Source of the DNA: a virus
DNA length: 64,000 nucleotides
Virus record (IMG/VR): IMGVR_UViG_3300020448_000002
Location: 62,270-126,269 of that record
Direction: 5' to 3' (one strand)
Each line of letters begins with the position of its first letter. The stretch's first letter is position 1. Position numbers and translations under genes: made by a program. The notes beneath the pieces were generated by a model. That model saw only the letters and a program-made list of their open reading frames with translations. It had not been told where the DNA came from and made no database searches. Below, piece after piece: positions 31,201-40,039 of this stretch.

Positions 31201-32448
31201 CCAAGTAGCACTCCAACTTATACTACTTCTCAAAGAAGAGTAACTATTCAACATTCACATCATGGTATGCATGATACAGATAATAATGTTGTTATTGAAG
31301 GTGTTACATCTGAAGTATCACCAACATACTTGACATCATCTATATCAGATTCTGATACAACCATACAGGTTAATGATGCAACAGCATTCCATACCATTAT
31401 TAATGGTGCTAATGTTGGTACATTAAATCTTGGTTATATTAAGATAGAAGATGAGATTATGTCTTATACTGGAATTAGTGGAACTGGTAAAACCATTACT
31501 ATTAATGAAAGAGGACTAGCTGGAACTTCAGCAGTAAGTCATGCTGATGAGACAAATGTAGAGTGTTACAACTTAGATGGTATTCCTCTAATTGAAATTA
31601 ATAAGACTCATACTAATATACAGAGTCCTACTTTAGACACTTATGATCTTGCTACTTCTTCTATTGCTAGACTAGGTATTAGATCTGGTGCTACAAATGT
31701 TATTGCATCTCAGAACATACAGTATGAGATTCTTTCACCACAAATCCAGAGAATGACTCTTCCTAAGACTTTAATCACAGCAAGAGTTAATACTATTACT
31801 GGAACATCAATCAATGATGGTCAGTCATTACCACAAAACTCATTCAGTAATACTGGAGAGTTCTATGATGTAAACCTAGGAGAAGATAATTACTTTGTTT
31901 CTCCACAGTTAATATGCTCTGCTCAAAATGAGTCTGCAGAATTAAGTGGTGCTAAGTCATTTAGAATGGATCTAACATTATTCAGTGAAAATAATAATGT
32001 AACTCCTGTTGTTGATACTGACAGAATGTCTATTACTACAATCAGTCATAGAATCAACTCTCCTTCAGATCCTAATACTGCTCTGTTACCAGTTGGTGAC
32101 GGACATAACGGAGTTTATATTACTAAGGTTGCTGACTTAAGTAATCCATCATCTTCTATTAAATTAATGTTTGCGGGTTATCGCCCATCTAACACTGAAA
32201 TTAAACCTCTATATAGAGTACTACCTTCGGGATCTACTGATTCTATAGAGACTCTAGGATGGGAATTCTTCCCTACTAGTGATGCTAAGATTCCTCAAAC
32301 TTCTGAAACGTTACAATACTACGATTATGAGTATGAGGTTACAGGTTTAGATTTCTCACAATATCAAGTTAAACTTGTGTTTGTATCTCCAAACCAAGCA
32401 TACTCACCAATCGTTAAAGATCTACGAGCTATCGCTCTTGCTGTATAA
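25219..32448 (+). CDS. VrlC-like / DUF4815-type large virion structural protein
   Basis: N-terminus NLNVTPYYDDFD...RVLFRPGFPIQARELTQSQSILQNQ; internal RYTMRDIGKLEKRI, LKNGFMVDDF and WDPLAQSF; C-terminal KDLRAIALA. Follows gp8 as in cyanomyophages. Confidence 0.8.
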   Translation: MAQNTNLNVTPYYDDFDKAKNFYRVLFRPGFPIQARELTQSQSILQNQIENMGTHLFKDGSMVIPGQIGYDLNVNAIMIQESFLGADVESYRSQITGKIITGLTSGVKAKVLYSISSTESDKGYITLYIKYIESGGADNNQDTFTNNEQLITDTEITFGTTLIEVGSPFAQLLPTEATQVGSVAYVQEGVYFIRGFFVDVPYQYILLDQYGSNPKYRIGLEILESIITPEDDLSLNDNAAGTSNYAAPGSHRFRITTNLIKKLLTDEADKDFIELLRINGNKIEKLIDRSAYDELEKTMATRTYEESGDYVVSDFQITMRDGLNDGFNNGVYEVGDTTAQGNSAAESMYAVEFGPGTAYVRGYRLKTLSPTYVDIAKPRDTDASQNTIIPFTLGNYSKVSNINGFLNTAGSTISQAYQTVELRDRFTATPGDAVGNVIGYARVASLEFLQDPDNSFGNADDKYNMHLFDVQMFTVLHLASAQTISTGAADQRGSLVVGNSSGARGYLIDNVSAATHLSIYQVEGTFQKGEMVTLDGLNLDTITNVHTYKYSDSRQVCAKDENTSAVEFTADIVLEDLKFIQGATFTYDATGSAEKITGLNSNFAADLRPGDRIYFSETKYVDVDFVDPTNLASSNNSTIFTYSTQIVNVTPPGGSASPTGGTYNTLLRYRAKLWETEKATLLKAMPKTYVKTISDESMVVRRTFDAQTVAANAISITLPENEQFQAITNTAYSFTVMGSTSAAYPAGAQIPIDTVNTGAIGYTTFTSADRTTIQITNLDVTGDSGAITSVKVTASVSKNVTTKKTKSPTNMFVLKVNQTVQNLDKQNYQLTYSGVYGTRIEDVDLSLGITDVFNIHAVYESMDDADPVIPSITLVEPTFFETKSIVTGKTSGARARVVDFNSSTLKLSIVYLSGKFISGETVDGFNSSNIAIQGIINDSVGSIVEGSKVITDRYDLETGQTGFIYGISKLVRKKGVARPIRKVKIVLDYYSHAATGDYFAGQSYLDTAYADVPYYQEKFLPDFLDFRPGVRNLFTGTGSVASPAYVNAATLDFKHRTFPTAGSPSATLFDIPKVASDFRCDFDWYLPRVDKVFLLPTGEFQVVKGKSEQRPSPPDDLQDGMLLATLLHAPYGFDPSSDVVIQKSDNRRYTMRDIGKLEKRIDQVEYYTSLNMLESDTFNVEITDASGKSRLKNGFMVDDFTDHSKSSTTNPDYAAALSYSDGTCQSSHYTTNTSLLINESLSTNYQKTGPLITLPYEEIALITQSYASRVENVNPFNVFAYIGRIDLIPASDDWVDTNRLPVNVIDVEGDFEATSRSMNVDQSGFAPIQWGSWNTTWSGESTGAWSRWKEHTFANFVSGRGRRVMGSRTITSTTNQTRRGIRSRVVPRIDRQSMGDRTVSSTSIPWIRSRNIDVTVARMKPRTTFYSFFDGTKVGDYMVPKVLEVIKDPSTDSRTNSTPFVIGETVRGLTSGARFRVSAPNNFFTWNPYDDTDMPSSYSSTTNFINVDTESLAAQAVGQYFGNIQVGEVLVGDSGARAVVRDRRLMTDRLGQWKGSFFIPPPQVNTNPRWATGSRLLRLTTNADDSRTFGTVASAAQTEYAATGTLNTLQENVLSIRNADIVQDTVTQDRTVQTTRTETRQVGWWDPLAQSFLVDETGGVFITSVDVYFNAKDSNIPISMQIRTMSNGYPTTSILPFSDVTVTPDTIQTSETGAIATKFTFQAPVYIPQSIEHCFVLFSDSNEYQVWISRMGELDITGDRTISEQPYAGVLFKSQNATTWTADQYEDLKFVVYKAVFDTSVASQLTLNNAPLDIGNGGKIVLRTDPVQTYQPELQLVMNAVNSTLPYTVGARVYQKTTLAQGTIKTITDSNAGVLLTINDISGTWQSGSSTGGTIINRLVSSKTLATMAVTSASGDFTVGETITGNSASAPTAEVVSWTDGGGGAGTLTLKYVSTTFTASTEQITGGTSTKTATVGSITYSGDNVSSSTVQDAFPSSTPTYTTSQRRVTIQHSHHGMHDTDNNVVIEGVTSEVSPTYLTSSISDSDTTIQVNDATAFHTIINGANVGTLNLGYIKIEDEIMSYTGISGTGKTITINERGLAGTSAVSHADETNVECYNLDGIPLIEINKTHTNIQSPTLDTYDLATSSIARLGIRSGATNVIASQNIQYEILSPQIQRMTLPKTLITARVNTITGTSINDGQSLPQNSFSNTGEFYDVNLGEDNYFVSPQLICSAQNESAELSGAKSFRMDLTLFSENNNVTPVVDTDRMSITTISHRINSPSDPNTALLPVGDGHNGVYITKVADLSNPSSSIKLMFAGYRPSNTEIKPLYRVLPSGSTDSIETLGWEFFPTSDAKIPQTSETLQYYDYEYEVTGLDFSQYQVKLVFVSPNQAYSPIVKDLRAIALAV

Positions 32449-32669
32449 TGAAAGTTCCAATTAAAGACATTGAAAATTGGTATAAAGATGATGTAACAGG
32501 AGCAGTCTCGTGTTCTGATCGTGCTAAGTATGAACAATACATGGCTGCATATAGAGCAGATCTGAAGGAAAAAGAAGATTTTAAGGCTTTACAAAATGAT
32601 GTTTATAGCCTAAAATCAGATATGAGTGAGATAAAATCTCTCTTGTTAACGTTAGCAAAAAATTCATGA
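32448..32669 (+). CDS. Small hypothetical protein with C-terminal coiled coil
   Basis: 73 aa; TAATG coupling to the upstream gene; heptad-like LQNDVYSLKSDMSEIKSLL. Confidence 0.7.
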   Translation: MKVPIKDIENWYKDDVTGAVSCSDRAKYEQYMAAYRADLKEKEDFKALQNDVYSLKSDMSEIKSLLLTLAKNS

Positions 32670-32908
32670 CAATGGAAAAGATCGGTCAAGATCAAATGCT
32701 CTCCCAATTTAAAGAGAGATATAGTGGGTTGATCAAAGAAAACCAGGAATTAGCTGGTAAAATTAAACAAAATGAAGTTCAAGCATTGAAACTTCAAGGT
32801 GCTATAGAAGCATTGGAGTATTATTCTCCACCAGGTGACGACGCAGAATCCCCTCCAGAAATTGCAGAGGATGATGTAACTTCCGAGTCTCCTGAGTTAA
32901 CTGAATAA
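32666..32908 (+). CDS. Small hypothetical coiled-coil protein with acidic tail
   Basis: 80 aa; ATGA overlap with the previous ORF; LKLQGAIEALEYY motif. Confidence 0.7.
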   Translation: MTMEKIGQDQMLSQFKERYSGLIKENQELAGKIKQNEVQALKLQGAIEALEYYSPPGDDAESPPEIAEDDVTSESPELTE

Positions 32909-32916
32909 ATCATTTT

Positions 32917-32943
32917 AAAGGGGGACAGGAGTTCCCCTTTTTT
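32917..32943 (+). terminator. Rho-independent terminator
   Basis: aaagggggac-agga-gttccccttt hairpin followed by a T-run. Confidence 0.75.
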
Positions 32944-32949
32944 AGTGAC

Positions 32950-32956
32950 ATAAATA
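32950..32956 (+). promoter_or_regulatory. Late promoter ATAAATA for the fibre gene
   Basis: gacATAAATAac immediately after the terminator, upstream of ATG 32996. Confidence 0.7.
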
Positions 32957-32995
32957 ACTTGGAAGCATGTTCTCATAGAGTTGTCCTAAAATAAA

Positions 32996-35900
32996 ATGGC
33001 AAATAGATTACAATTAAGAAGGGGTGGTGCACAGGAATGGGCAAACTCAAACCCTACTCTTGCTCAAGGTGAATTGGGTATTGAGTTAGATACTGGTCGA
33101 TTTAAGATTGGTGATGGAGTATCAGCATGGAATACTTTGCGATACGAAAGACCCGTTGAATCTATATCTAATACTGCAAACACTCTTGTACAAAGGGATG
33201 CCGACGGTAACTTTGCTGCAGGTGTTATAACTGCAACTCTAATTGGTAACGCTTCTACTGCTGCTAGACTTTCTTCAACTCGACAAATAACTTTATCTGA
33301 TGACCTGAGTGCCACAGGAACATTTGATGGATCACAAAACTTAAACCTTGCTGCAGAACTTTCTTTAGTTGCAACTCTTCCACATTACGATGGAACAGCT
33401 TCTTCATCTGGAACTTATAACAAAGTAACTGTAGACGCAAAAGGTAGAATTACCGCAGCGATAGACTATACTACAAGTAATAATGGAACGCTTGCTGATT
33501 ACGGTCTAGACGGGACTACAGAGGGTGCTTCTGCTCAACCTTATGATTTAGACCTAGTTGCTATTGCAGGTCTAACAACCACTGGTATGATCGCTAGAAC
33601 TTCTGGTGGTGCTATGGCAACCAGAACGATTACTGGTACTGCAGGAAAAATACAAATTAATAATGGTGCAGGTGTTAATGGTAATCCTACTATTAATCTT
33701 ATAACAACTACTGTAACTCCAGGTGATTATAATACAGAATCTTTAACATCTGTAAGTGCTGTAGGTAGTAATAGTGAACCATTTGGAACTGAAACTGTAA
33801 ACGCAGTTAAGTTCTCTGTTAATGAAGATGGAAGAATAACATCATCTACTAATGTTCCTATTGCAACTGCTACTGAAGGTAGTAAGTATGGTGCATTCAA
33901 TGGTGCTACTAATTATGTAAGAGATAATATAATTGAAACAGGAAGTAAGGTATATCAAGCGATTCAAGATATTAGTTCTGGAGGAATTGCACCAACTCAT
34001 ACAGATACATCTGATACTAACGGTTGGAGATATCTTGCTGCAGCTGCAGTAGAACAAAAAGGATTAGCATCATTTGCTCAAGAAGATTTTGACGTAGATT
34101 CAAATGGTCACGTTACTATTGCTGCAGTAGGAGTTGATAATAGTCAACTACAGAATAATAGAATTGGATTTGCTGATGGTAATACATTAGAGAATTTTGA
34201 ACTAGATCAAGAATTAACTGCAACAACTGGTTATAGAGGATTTAACTATCTTAATTATATTAAGGTAAACAATACTTCTGGTAGTTTATTATTTGGTGCA
34301 AATAATACAGGAGATAGTGGAAATGGTGAAGTTGATATTAATGTAAAAACTGTATTCAGTGATCCTGATTTTATACTTGATGGTGCAACTACACAACAGA
34401 TTGATAAGACTGGAGATGGTGATTTCAACATAGAACTCACACAAAACACTGCAGTAGATAGAAACCTAACTGTAGCTTCTACTAACGCAGGTTCTGGAAC
34501 TAGCACATTAACATTATCTGCAGAAGATGTAGTAGATATTGATGCCACTGCTGCAACTGGAAAGGTACATATAGAAACTATGAGATTCCAAGCAGACCAT
34601 ATTGGTGCTGTAGGAAATATATTAATTGACCCTAACGATGATAGAGACGTTAGTGGTCTAGTAACTATTAGAGGAAACTTACAAGTAGATGGAACGACTA
34701 CAACAGTTAATTCAACAGTCACAACGTTGGATGATCCCATTATTACTCTTGGTGGCGATACTGCTCCAGCTAGTGACGACGGTAAAGATCGTGGAGTTGA
34801 GTTCAGATACTACGACACTCAAGCAAGAGTTGGATTCTTTGGTTACGATGATAGCTACACAGACCTTGGAGGACACAGTGGAGGATTCAGATTCCTCTAC
34901 GATGCCACAAATACCTCGGAGGTATTCGCAGGAACAGATGCAGGGATTATATCGGGTAATCTTAAACTTACAACCAATACAAACTCAACATCTAACACAA
35001 CTGGAGATCTGGTAGTTGCAGGTGGTGTAGGTATAGGACAAGATGTTAATATTGGTGGAACAGTTGATATTGATACTAACTTAAGAACTCGTGGAACTAC
35101 TAGATTTGATGATGAGGTAGTTATTCAAGGTGCTTCTAAGGACTTCATAATGAAGAACGGAAGTGGAACTGCAAAAATTACTGCAGGATCTACAACTGGT
35201 AATATTACTATGGAAGGCATCCTTGCTGTTACAGGCAATGTAGATGTAAACACTGACAAGTTTAATATAACAGCATCCTCTGGTAATACTGCTATTGCAG
35301 GTACTTTAGTAGTAAGTGATGCTACTACTATAAAGGCAGATAATAAATTCTTTAAGATTCAAACTGCTGCGGCTGCAGATAAGTTTACAGTTGATACAGA
35401 TAACGGTAACACAGTTATATCAGGTGAATTAAATGTAAACTCAGCTGTCGATCTTGATACAACATTAAACGTAGATGGTGGTGCTACATTCCAAGATAAT
35501 GTAACACTTAACGCAGACAATAAGATGTTTAAGATCCAGACAAATGGATCTGTTGATAAGTTTACAGTAGATAGTGATAATGGTAATACAGTTATTGCAG
35601 GTCAACTAAATGTAAATTCAGCTGTTGATTTAGATAATACTTTAAATGTTGATAACGCTGCAACCTTCCAACATAATGTAACTATCAATGCTGATAATAA
35701 GATGTTCAAGATACAGAACAACTCAGCACAGGATAAGTTTACAGTTGATACAGATAATGGAAATACAATTATACAAGGAACAGTTGATATAGTCGGAGTT
35801 ACAACTCTTACTGACAACTTTACAGTTAATGGATCTCAGACAACTATTGGTAATGCTAGTAGCGATGTTTTGACTGTTAATGCAGACGCAACATTTACAG

Positions 35901-38900
35901 ATGATCTCACAGTAAATGCAACCGTTGACTTTGATTCAACTCTAAATGTTGATGGTCAAGCAACCTTCCAAGACAATATCATCTTGAACGCTGACAATAA
36001 GATGTTCAAGATACAGAATAATAGTTCTGTAGATAAATTTACAGTTGATTCTGATAATGGTAATACAGAAACACAAGGAACATTAACAGTACAAGGTCAA
36101 ACTAATATTATTGATTCACTTGTAATCAATGCTTCTAATGAGAACTTCTTAATTCAGAATGGTTCTGGTGTTAATAAGTTTACAGTTGATACCGACAATG
36201 GTAATACTAATATTACTGGAACAATAACTGTTGGTAGCACATCACAAATTAATTCTACTCTTGGTGTTACTGGAATAACAAGTCTAACAAATGCTAGTGA
36301 TCAAACTATTACTGGATCATTTGGTCTAGATGGTGGTGTAAGAGTTACTGGTGGTGTTGGAATTACTAAGAGACTTGCTGTAGGATCTGATGCAAGAGTA
36401 TATGGTAATACTACATTATCTGGAACTGTAGATATTGATAACAATACTGATGTATCTGGTAAGTTTAATATTAGCAATACTCAGGATGCCACAAGTTTTG
36501 CAGATAATTCTGTAGCATTTACTAATGATGGTGGTGCAAGGATTACTAAAAATACTTACATTGGTGGTGATCTTGTTGTTTATGACAACACTAACACAAG
36601 AGCTGCATTTACTGTTACTAATTTAACAGGAGATGGCGAGTTCCACAATGATCTTACAGTTGGAGGTAACTTAATAGTCAATGGAGCAACAACTACTGTT
36701 AACAGCACGGTCACAACTCTCGATGACCCTGTTATTACTTTGGGTGGTGACACAGCACCAGTCTCTAACGATGCTAAGGATAGGGGTGTTGAATTCCGTT
36801 ACTACGACGGCTCTGCTAAAGTTGGGTACTTCGGATTAGATAGATCATCTTTAGAATTTGCATTCTTAACAGACGCTACTAATAATTCAGAAATATTTAC
36901 AGGAACTGACGGTGCATTAAGAGTTGGTTCTATTCATGTTACAGGTGCAGGACAATCTGTTGACATTGATTCAAATGCAAACATAGATGGAACTTTAACT
37001 GTAGATGGTCAAATTACATCTCAGGTAACATCAGGACCTGCTCTTGTTATTCCAACAACTGATAAGATTAATAATCTAAACGCAGACTTACTAGATGGTA
37101 TGACAACTGCGACTGCTGCAACAGCATCTACAGTTGTTAATCGTGACTCATCTGGAGACTTTGCTGCTAATATTATTACTGTCGCAGCTGGAACTGGAGC
37201 TGGTGCAGGTATTCAAGGTAACGCACTTACTGCTGACGAATGGAAGACTGCTAGAACATTAACTGTTGACGGTGTTGTAAATGGAACTATAAGCATTAAT
37301 GGTGGTTCAGATATTACACTTACAACAACATTTGATGATCCTGATATAACTGGATTATCAGGAATGACTGGCACAGGTTATGTTGTAAGAACTGCTGCTA
37401 ATACTTTCGCACAAAGAACTTTACTAGTTACAGGAAACTCAGGTATAACACTTACCAACGCTGATGGTGTCTCAGGTGACACAACTATTAACGTTGCTTC
37501 TACACCTAACAATGCATCTGACAACTTAGTTTTACGTGATGGTAACGGTGACTTTGCTGCAGGAACTATAACTGCAAATCTAGGTGGTAACTTAACTAAC
37601 ACAAACAGTACTGCAAAGAATTTAACTCCTGCTGCTGATAGCACATACAATTTAGGATCAAATGCAGTTAGATGGGCTTATACCTATTCGGATAACTTTA
37701 CTGGTGATTCAGCAACTATTACTCAAGTAACTGGTGATCTTGGTGGTAATTTAACTAATACAACTAGCACCGCAAAGAATTTTGTTCCTGCTGCTGATTC
37801 TACTTGGAACTTAGGATCAAATACTGTCAGATGGGCTTATACTTATTCAGATGCCTTCGTTGGTGATTCAGCAACTATTACTCAAGTAACTGGTAATCTA
37901 GGTGGTAACTTAACTAACTCAACCAGTACAGCGAAGAACTTAACTCCTGCTGCAGATTCTACTTGGAATTTAGGATCTAATACTGTCAGATGGGCTTACA
38001 CATATTCTGACAATTTCACTGGTGACTCAGCAACTATTACTCAGATAACTGGTAACCTTGGTGGTAACTTAACTAATAACAACTCAACAACAAAAAATGT
38101 ATTACCTTCTGCTGATTCCACTTGGAACTTAGGATCAAATACACAGAGATATGCATACACATACTCAGATAACTTTACTGGTGACTCAGCAACTATTACT
38201 CAAGTAACTGGTGATCTTGGTGGTAACTTAACTAATAACAATACCTTTGCAAGAACAATTCTTCCTGCTGCTAGTTCTACTTGGAATTTAGGATCTAGTA
38301 CAGCTAAGTGGGCATATGTATATGTCGATACTATTAATGTTACCAACTCTATTACTGCTAATGTAACAGGTGCTCTTACAGGTAACGCTGATACTGCAAC
38401 TGCCTTAGAGACTGCAAGAACTATCGGTGGCACAACCTTTGACGGAACTGTTGATATTGTTCCTGCTACTGCAACACAGGCAACAAACCTTAACAACCAT
38501 GATACTGATAATCTATCAGAAGGAACATCTAATCAATACTATACAGAAGCAAGAGTTCAAGCAAAACTTGACAATGCTTATGATCAACTAAAAGCAATGT
38601 TATCTAATCTTGCTACTACAACAACATTAAAATTAAATCTATCTGGAGATCCTACACCTGGTGCTGTTGTATCACTTGGATCTATTACAGCAAGTGGTCT
38701 AGGAGGATTCACAGGAGCAACAGGAGTTGCAACTAATGGTGGAACTGGAGTTGGATTAACAGTTGATACGACTGTAACAAATGGTGCTATAACTGGAATC
38801 ACATTAAATGCTGCAGGTACTGGATACTTAATAAGCGATACTTTAACACTCACAAATGCTAATGCAGGTGGTGTTGCTACATTGAACCTTGGATCATTAG

Positions 38901-40033
38901 TAACTGGAACTGGTGGATTCAGTAATGCAACAGCTGTTGCAACAACTGGTGGATCAGGAACAGGATTAACTCTTGATACTACAGTAGATGCATCTGGAGC
39001 AATTACAAACCTTGTAGTTAATGCTGCAGGAACTGGTTATGCAAATGGTGAAACAATTACACTTACAAATCCTAATGCAGGTGGAGTAGCTACAACAGAT
39101 ACTCTTGTTGTTGGAACTGGTTACATTGATGGAACTGCAGTTGCAACAACTGGTGGTGGGGGAAGCGGTTTAACAGTAGATGTTACTACATCAGGTGGTC
39201 AAGTAACTGGGGTTGCAGTAAATGCTGCAGGATCAGGATATGCTGTTGATGACACTATTACTATTACTAACCCTAACGGTGGTGGAGTACAAACACTAGG
39301 AACTATTGCTACTGGAGGAACAGGATATTCTAACGCAACTGCGGTTGCAGTAACAGGTGGTGGAGGATCTGGATTGACAGTTGACATCACTACATCAGCA
39401 GGAGTAGTAACTGGGGTTACAATCAATAATGATGGAGTTGGTTATGCTGCATCTGATGTTGTTACTATTGCAAATGCTAATGGAACAGGTGCTAAGACTC
39501 TTGGTTCTATTACAACTGCAGGAACTGGATATTCATCTGGAACTGGAGTTGCAACAACTTCATCTGGATCAGGAACTGGATTGACAGTTGATACTACAGT
39601 TGATGGAGATGGAGCGATAACTGCTGTTACAATAAACAATGATGGATCTGGTTATGCAGCATCTGAAGTTATAACTATTGCAGGAGGTAGTGGAACTGCT
39701 CAATTTACTGTGTCAGCAATACATGGTAATGGAGCAACAATTCCTATATCTGCAGTGTTCAGTAACAACGCAACGTTTGATGTTGCAAGCATATTTGTTG
39801 ATGCAACAATTAACCTTGCTACTGTATTCACAGATGCAACCTTCTCACTAAGTGACATTACTGCAATGGAAATCGGTGGAACTGTAATAGGAGCAACTTC
39901 TGGAACTACTGGAACTATCACTGCTATGGATAGCAGTTCTGTTACTGTTGATAATGTAGACGGATTCTTCAAATCTGGAGAAACTGTTGGTGCTAATGAT
40001 GTTACTAACTTGACTATAAGTTCATTCGGATAA
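32996..40033 (+). CDS. Long tail/neck fibre-like protein with Mtd_N/hyaluronidase-type N-terminus and several repeat blocks
   Basis: LQLRRGGAQEWANSNPTLAQGELGIELDTGRFKIGDG N-terminal motif; YNKVTVDAKGRIT, LNADLLDG and ARTIGG fibre motifs; Gly/Thr-rich; directly upstream of gp13. Confidence 0.75.
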   Translation: MANRLQLRRGGAQEWANSNPTLAQGELGIELDTGRFKIGDGVSAWNTLRYERPVESISNTANTLVQRDADGNFAAGVITATLIGNASTAARLSSTRQITLSDDLSATGTFDGSQNLNLAAELSLVATLPHYDGTASSSGTYNKVTVDAKGRITAAIDYTTSNNGTLADYGLDGTTEGASAQPYDLDLVAIAGLTTTGMIARTSGGAMATRTITGTAGKIQINNGAGVNGNPTINLITTTVTPGDYNTESLTSVSAVGSNSEPFGTETVNAVKFSVNEDGRITSSTNVPIATATEGSKYGAFNGATNYVRDNIIETGSKVYQAIQDISSGGIAPTHTDTSDTNGWRYLAAAAVEQKGLASFAQEDFDVDSNGHVTIAAVGVDNSQLQNNRIGFADGNTLENFELDQELTATTGYRGFNYLNYIKVNNTSGSLLFGANNTGDSGNGEVDINVKTVFSDPDFILDGATTQQIDKTGDGDFNIELTQNTAVDRNLTVASTNAGSGTSTLTLSAEDVVDIDATAATGKVHIETMRFQADHIGAVGNILIDPNDDRDVSGLVTIRGNLQVDGTTTTVNSTVTTLDDPIITLGGDTAPASDDGKDRGVEFRYYDTQARVGFFGYDDSYTDLGGHSGGFRFLYDATNTSEVFAGTDAGIISGNLKLTTNTNSTSNTTGDLVVAGGVGIGQDVNIGGTVDIDTNLRTRGTTRFDDEVVIQGASKDFIMKNGSGTAKITAGSTTGNITMEGILAVTGNVDVNTDKFNITASSGNTAIAGTLVVSDATTIKADNKFFKIQTAAAADKFTVDTDNGNTVISGELNVNSAVDLDTTLNVDGGATFQDNVTLNADNKMFKIQTNGSVDKFTVDSDNGNTVIAGQLNVNSAVDLDNTLNVDNAATFQHNVTINADNKMFKIQNNSAQDKFTVDTDNGNTIIQGTVDIVGVTTLTDNFTVNGSQTTIGNASSDVLTVNADATFTDDLTVNATVDFDSTLNVDGQATFQDNIILNADNKMFKIQNNSSVDKFTVDSDNGNTETQGTLTVQGQTNIIDSLVINASNENFLIQNGSGVNKFTVDTDNGNTNITGTITVGSTSQINSTLGVTGITSLTNASDQTITGSFGLDGGVRVTGGVGITKRLAVGSDARVYGNTTLSGTVDIDNNTDVSGKFNISNTQDATSFADNSVAFTNDGGARITKNTYIGGDLVVYDNTNTRAAFTVTNLTGDGEFHNDLTVGGNLIVNGATTTVNSTVTTLDDPVITLGGDTAPVSNDAKDRGVEFRYYDGSAKVGYFGLDRSSLEFAFLTDATNNSEIFTGTDGALRVGSIHVTGAGQSVDIDSNANIDGTLTVDGQITSQVTSGPALVIPTTDKINNLNADLLDGMTTATAATASTVVNRDSSGDFAANIITVAAGTGAGAGIQGNALTADEWKTARTLTVDGVVNGTISINGGSDITLTTTFDDPDITGLSGMTGTGYVVRTAANTFAQRTLLVTGNSGITLTNADGVSGDTTINVASTPNNASDNLVLRDGNGDFAAGTITANLGGNLTNTNSTAKNLTPAADSTYNLGSNAVRWAYTYSDNFTGDSATITQVTGDLGGNLTNTTSTAKNFVPAADSTWNLGSNTVRWAYTYSDAFVGDSATITQVTGNLGGNLTNSTSTAKNLTPAADSTWNLGSNTVRWAYTYSDNFTGDSATITQITGNLGGNLTNNNSTTKNVLPSADSTWNLGSNTQRYAYTYSDNFTGDSATITQVTGDLGGNLTNNNTFARTILPAASSTWNLGSSTAKWAYVYVDTINVTNSITANVTGALTGNADTATALETARTIGGTTFDGTVDIVPATATQATNLNNHDTDNLSEGTSNQYYTEARVQAKLDNAYDQLKAMLSNLATTTTLKLNLSGDPTPGAVVSLGSITASGLGGFTGATGVATNGGTGVGLTVDTTVTNGAITGITLNAAGTGYLISDTLTLTNANAGGVATLNLGSLVTGTGGFSNATAVATTGGSGTGLTLDTTVDASGAITNLVVNAAGTGYANGETITLTNPNAGGVATTDTLVVGTGYIDGTAVATTGGGGSGLTVDVTTSGGQVTGVAVNAAGSGYAVDDTITITNPNGGGVQTLGTIATGGTGYSNATAVAVTGGGGSGLTVDITTSAGVVTGVTINNDGVGYAASDVVTIANANGTGAKTLGSITTAGTGYSSGTGVATTSSGSGTGLTVDTTVDGDGAITAVTINNDGSGYAASEVITIAGGSGTAQFTVSAIHGNGATIPISAVFSNNATFDVASIFVDATINLATVFTDATFSLSDITAMEIGGTVIGATSGTTGTITAMDSSSVTVDNVDGFFKSGETVGANDVTNLTISSFG
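35336..36210 (+). repeat. Degenerate 177-bp (59 aa) repeats ADNKMFKIQ...DKFTVDTDNGNT
   Basis: Units begin at 35336, 35513 and 35690 (177-bp spacing), then at 35990 and ~36131. Confidence 0.8.
37583..38330 (+). repeat. 159-bp (53 aa) tandem repeat, ~4.7 copies
   Basis: GGNLTN...PAADSTWNLGSNTVRWAYTYSDNFTGDSATITQVTG units start at 37583, 37742, 37901, 38060 and 38219, with visibly high nucleotide identity. Confidence 0.9.
38659..39860 (+). repeat. Five Gly/Thr-rich ~65 aa modules followed by five stacked closing strands
   Basis: 5x (G-x-G-Y/F...GGSGTGLTVD...G-x-GY...TIT), then AQFTVSAI / ATIPISAV / ATFDVASI / ATINLATV / ATFSLSDI. Confidence 0.75.
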
Positions 40034-40039
40034 TAACAA

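Noticed and set aside
37583-38330. CRISPR-like array
   Set aside because: The units are 159-bp in-frame coding repeats without unique spacers, and there are no cas genes.
32996-40033. Diversity-generating retroelement target, suggested by the Mtd_N-like N-terminus and near-identical repeats
   Set aside because: No reverse transcriptase or non-coding template repeat in the window. The repeats are in-frame tandem coding units whose differences are not restricted to adenines.
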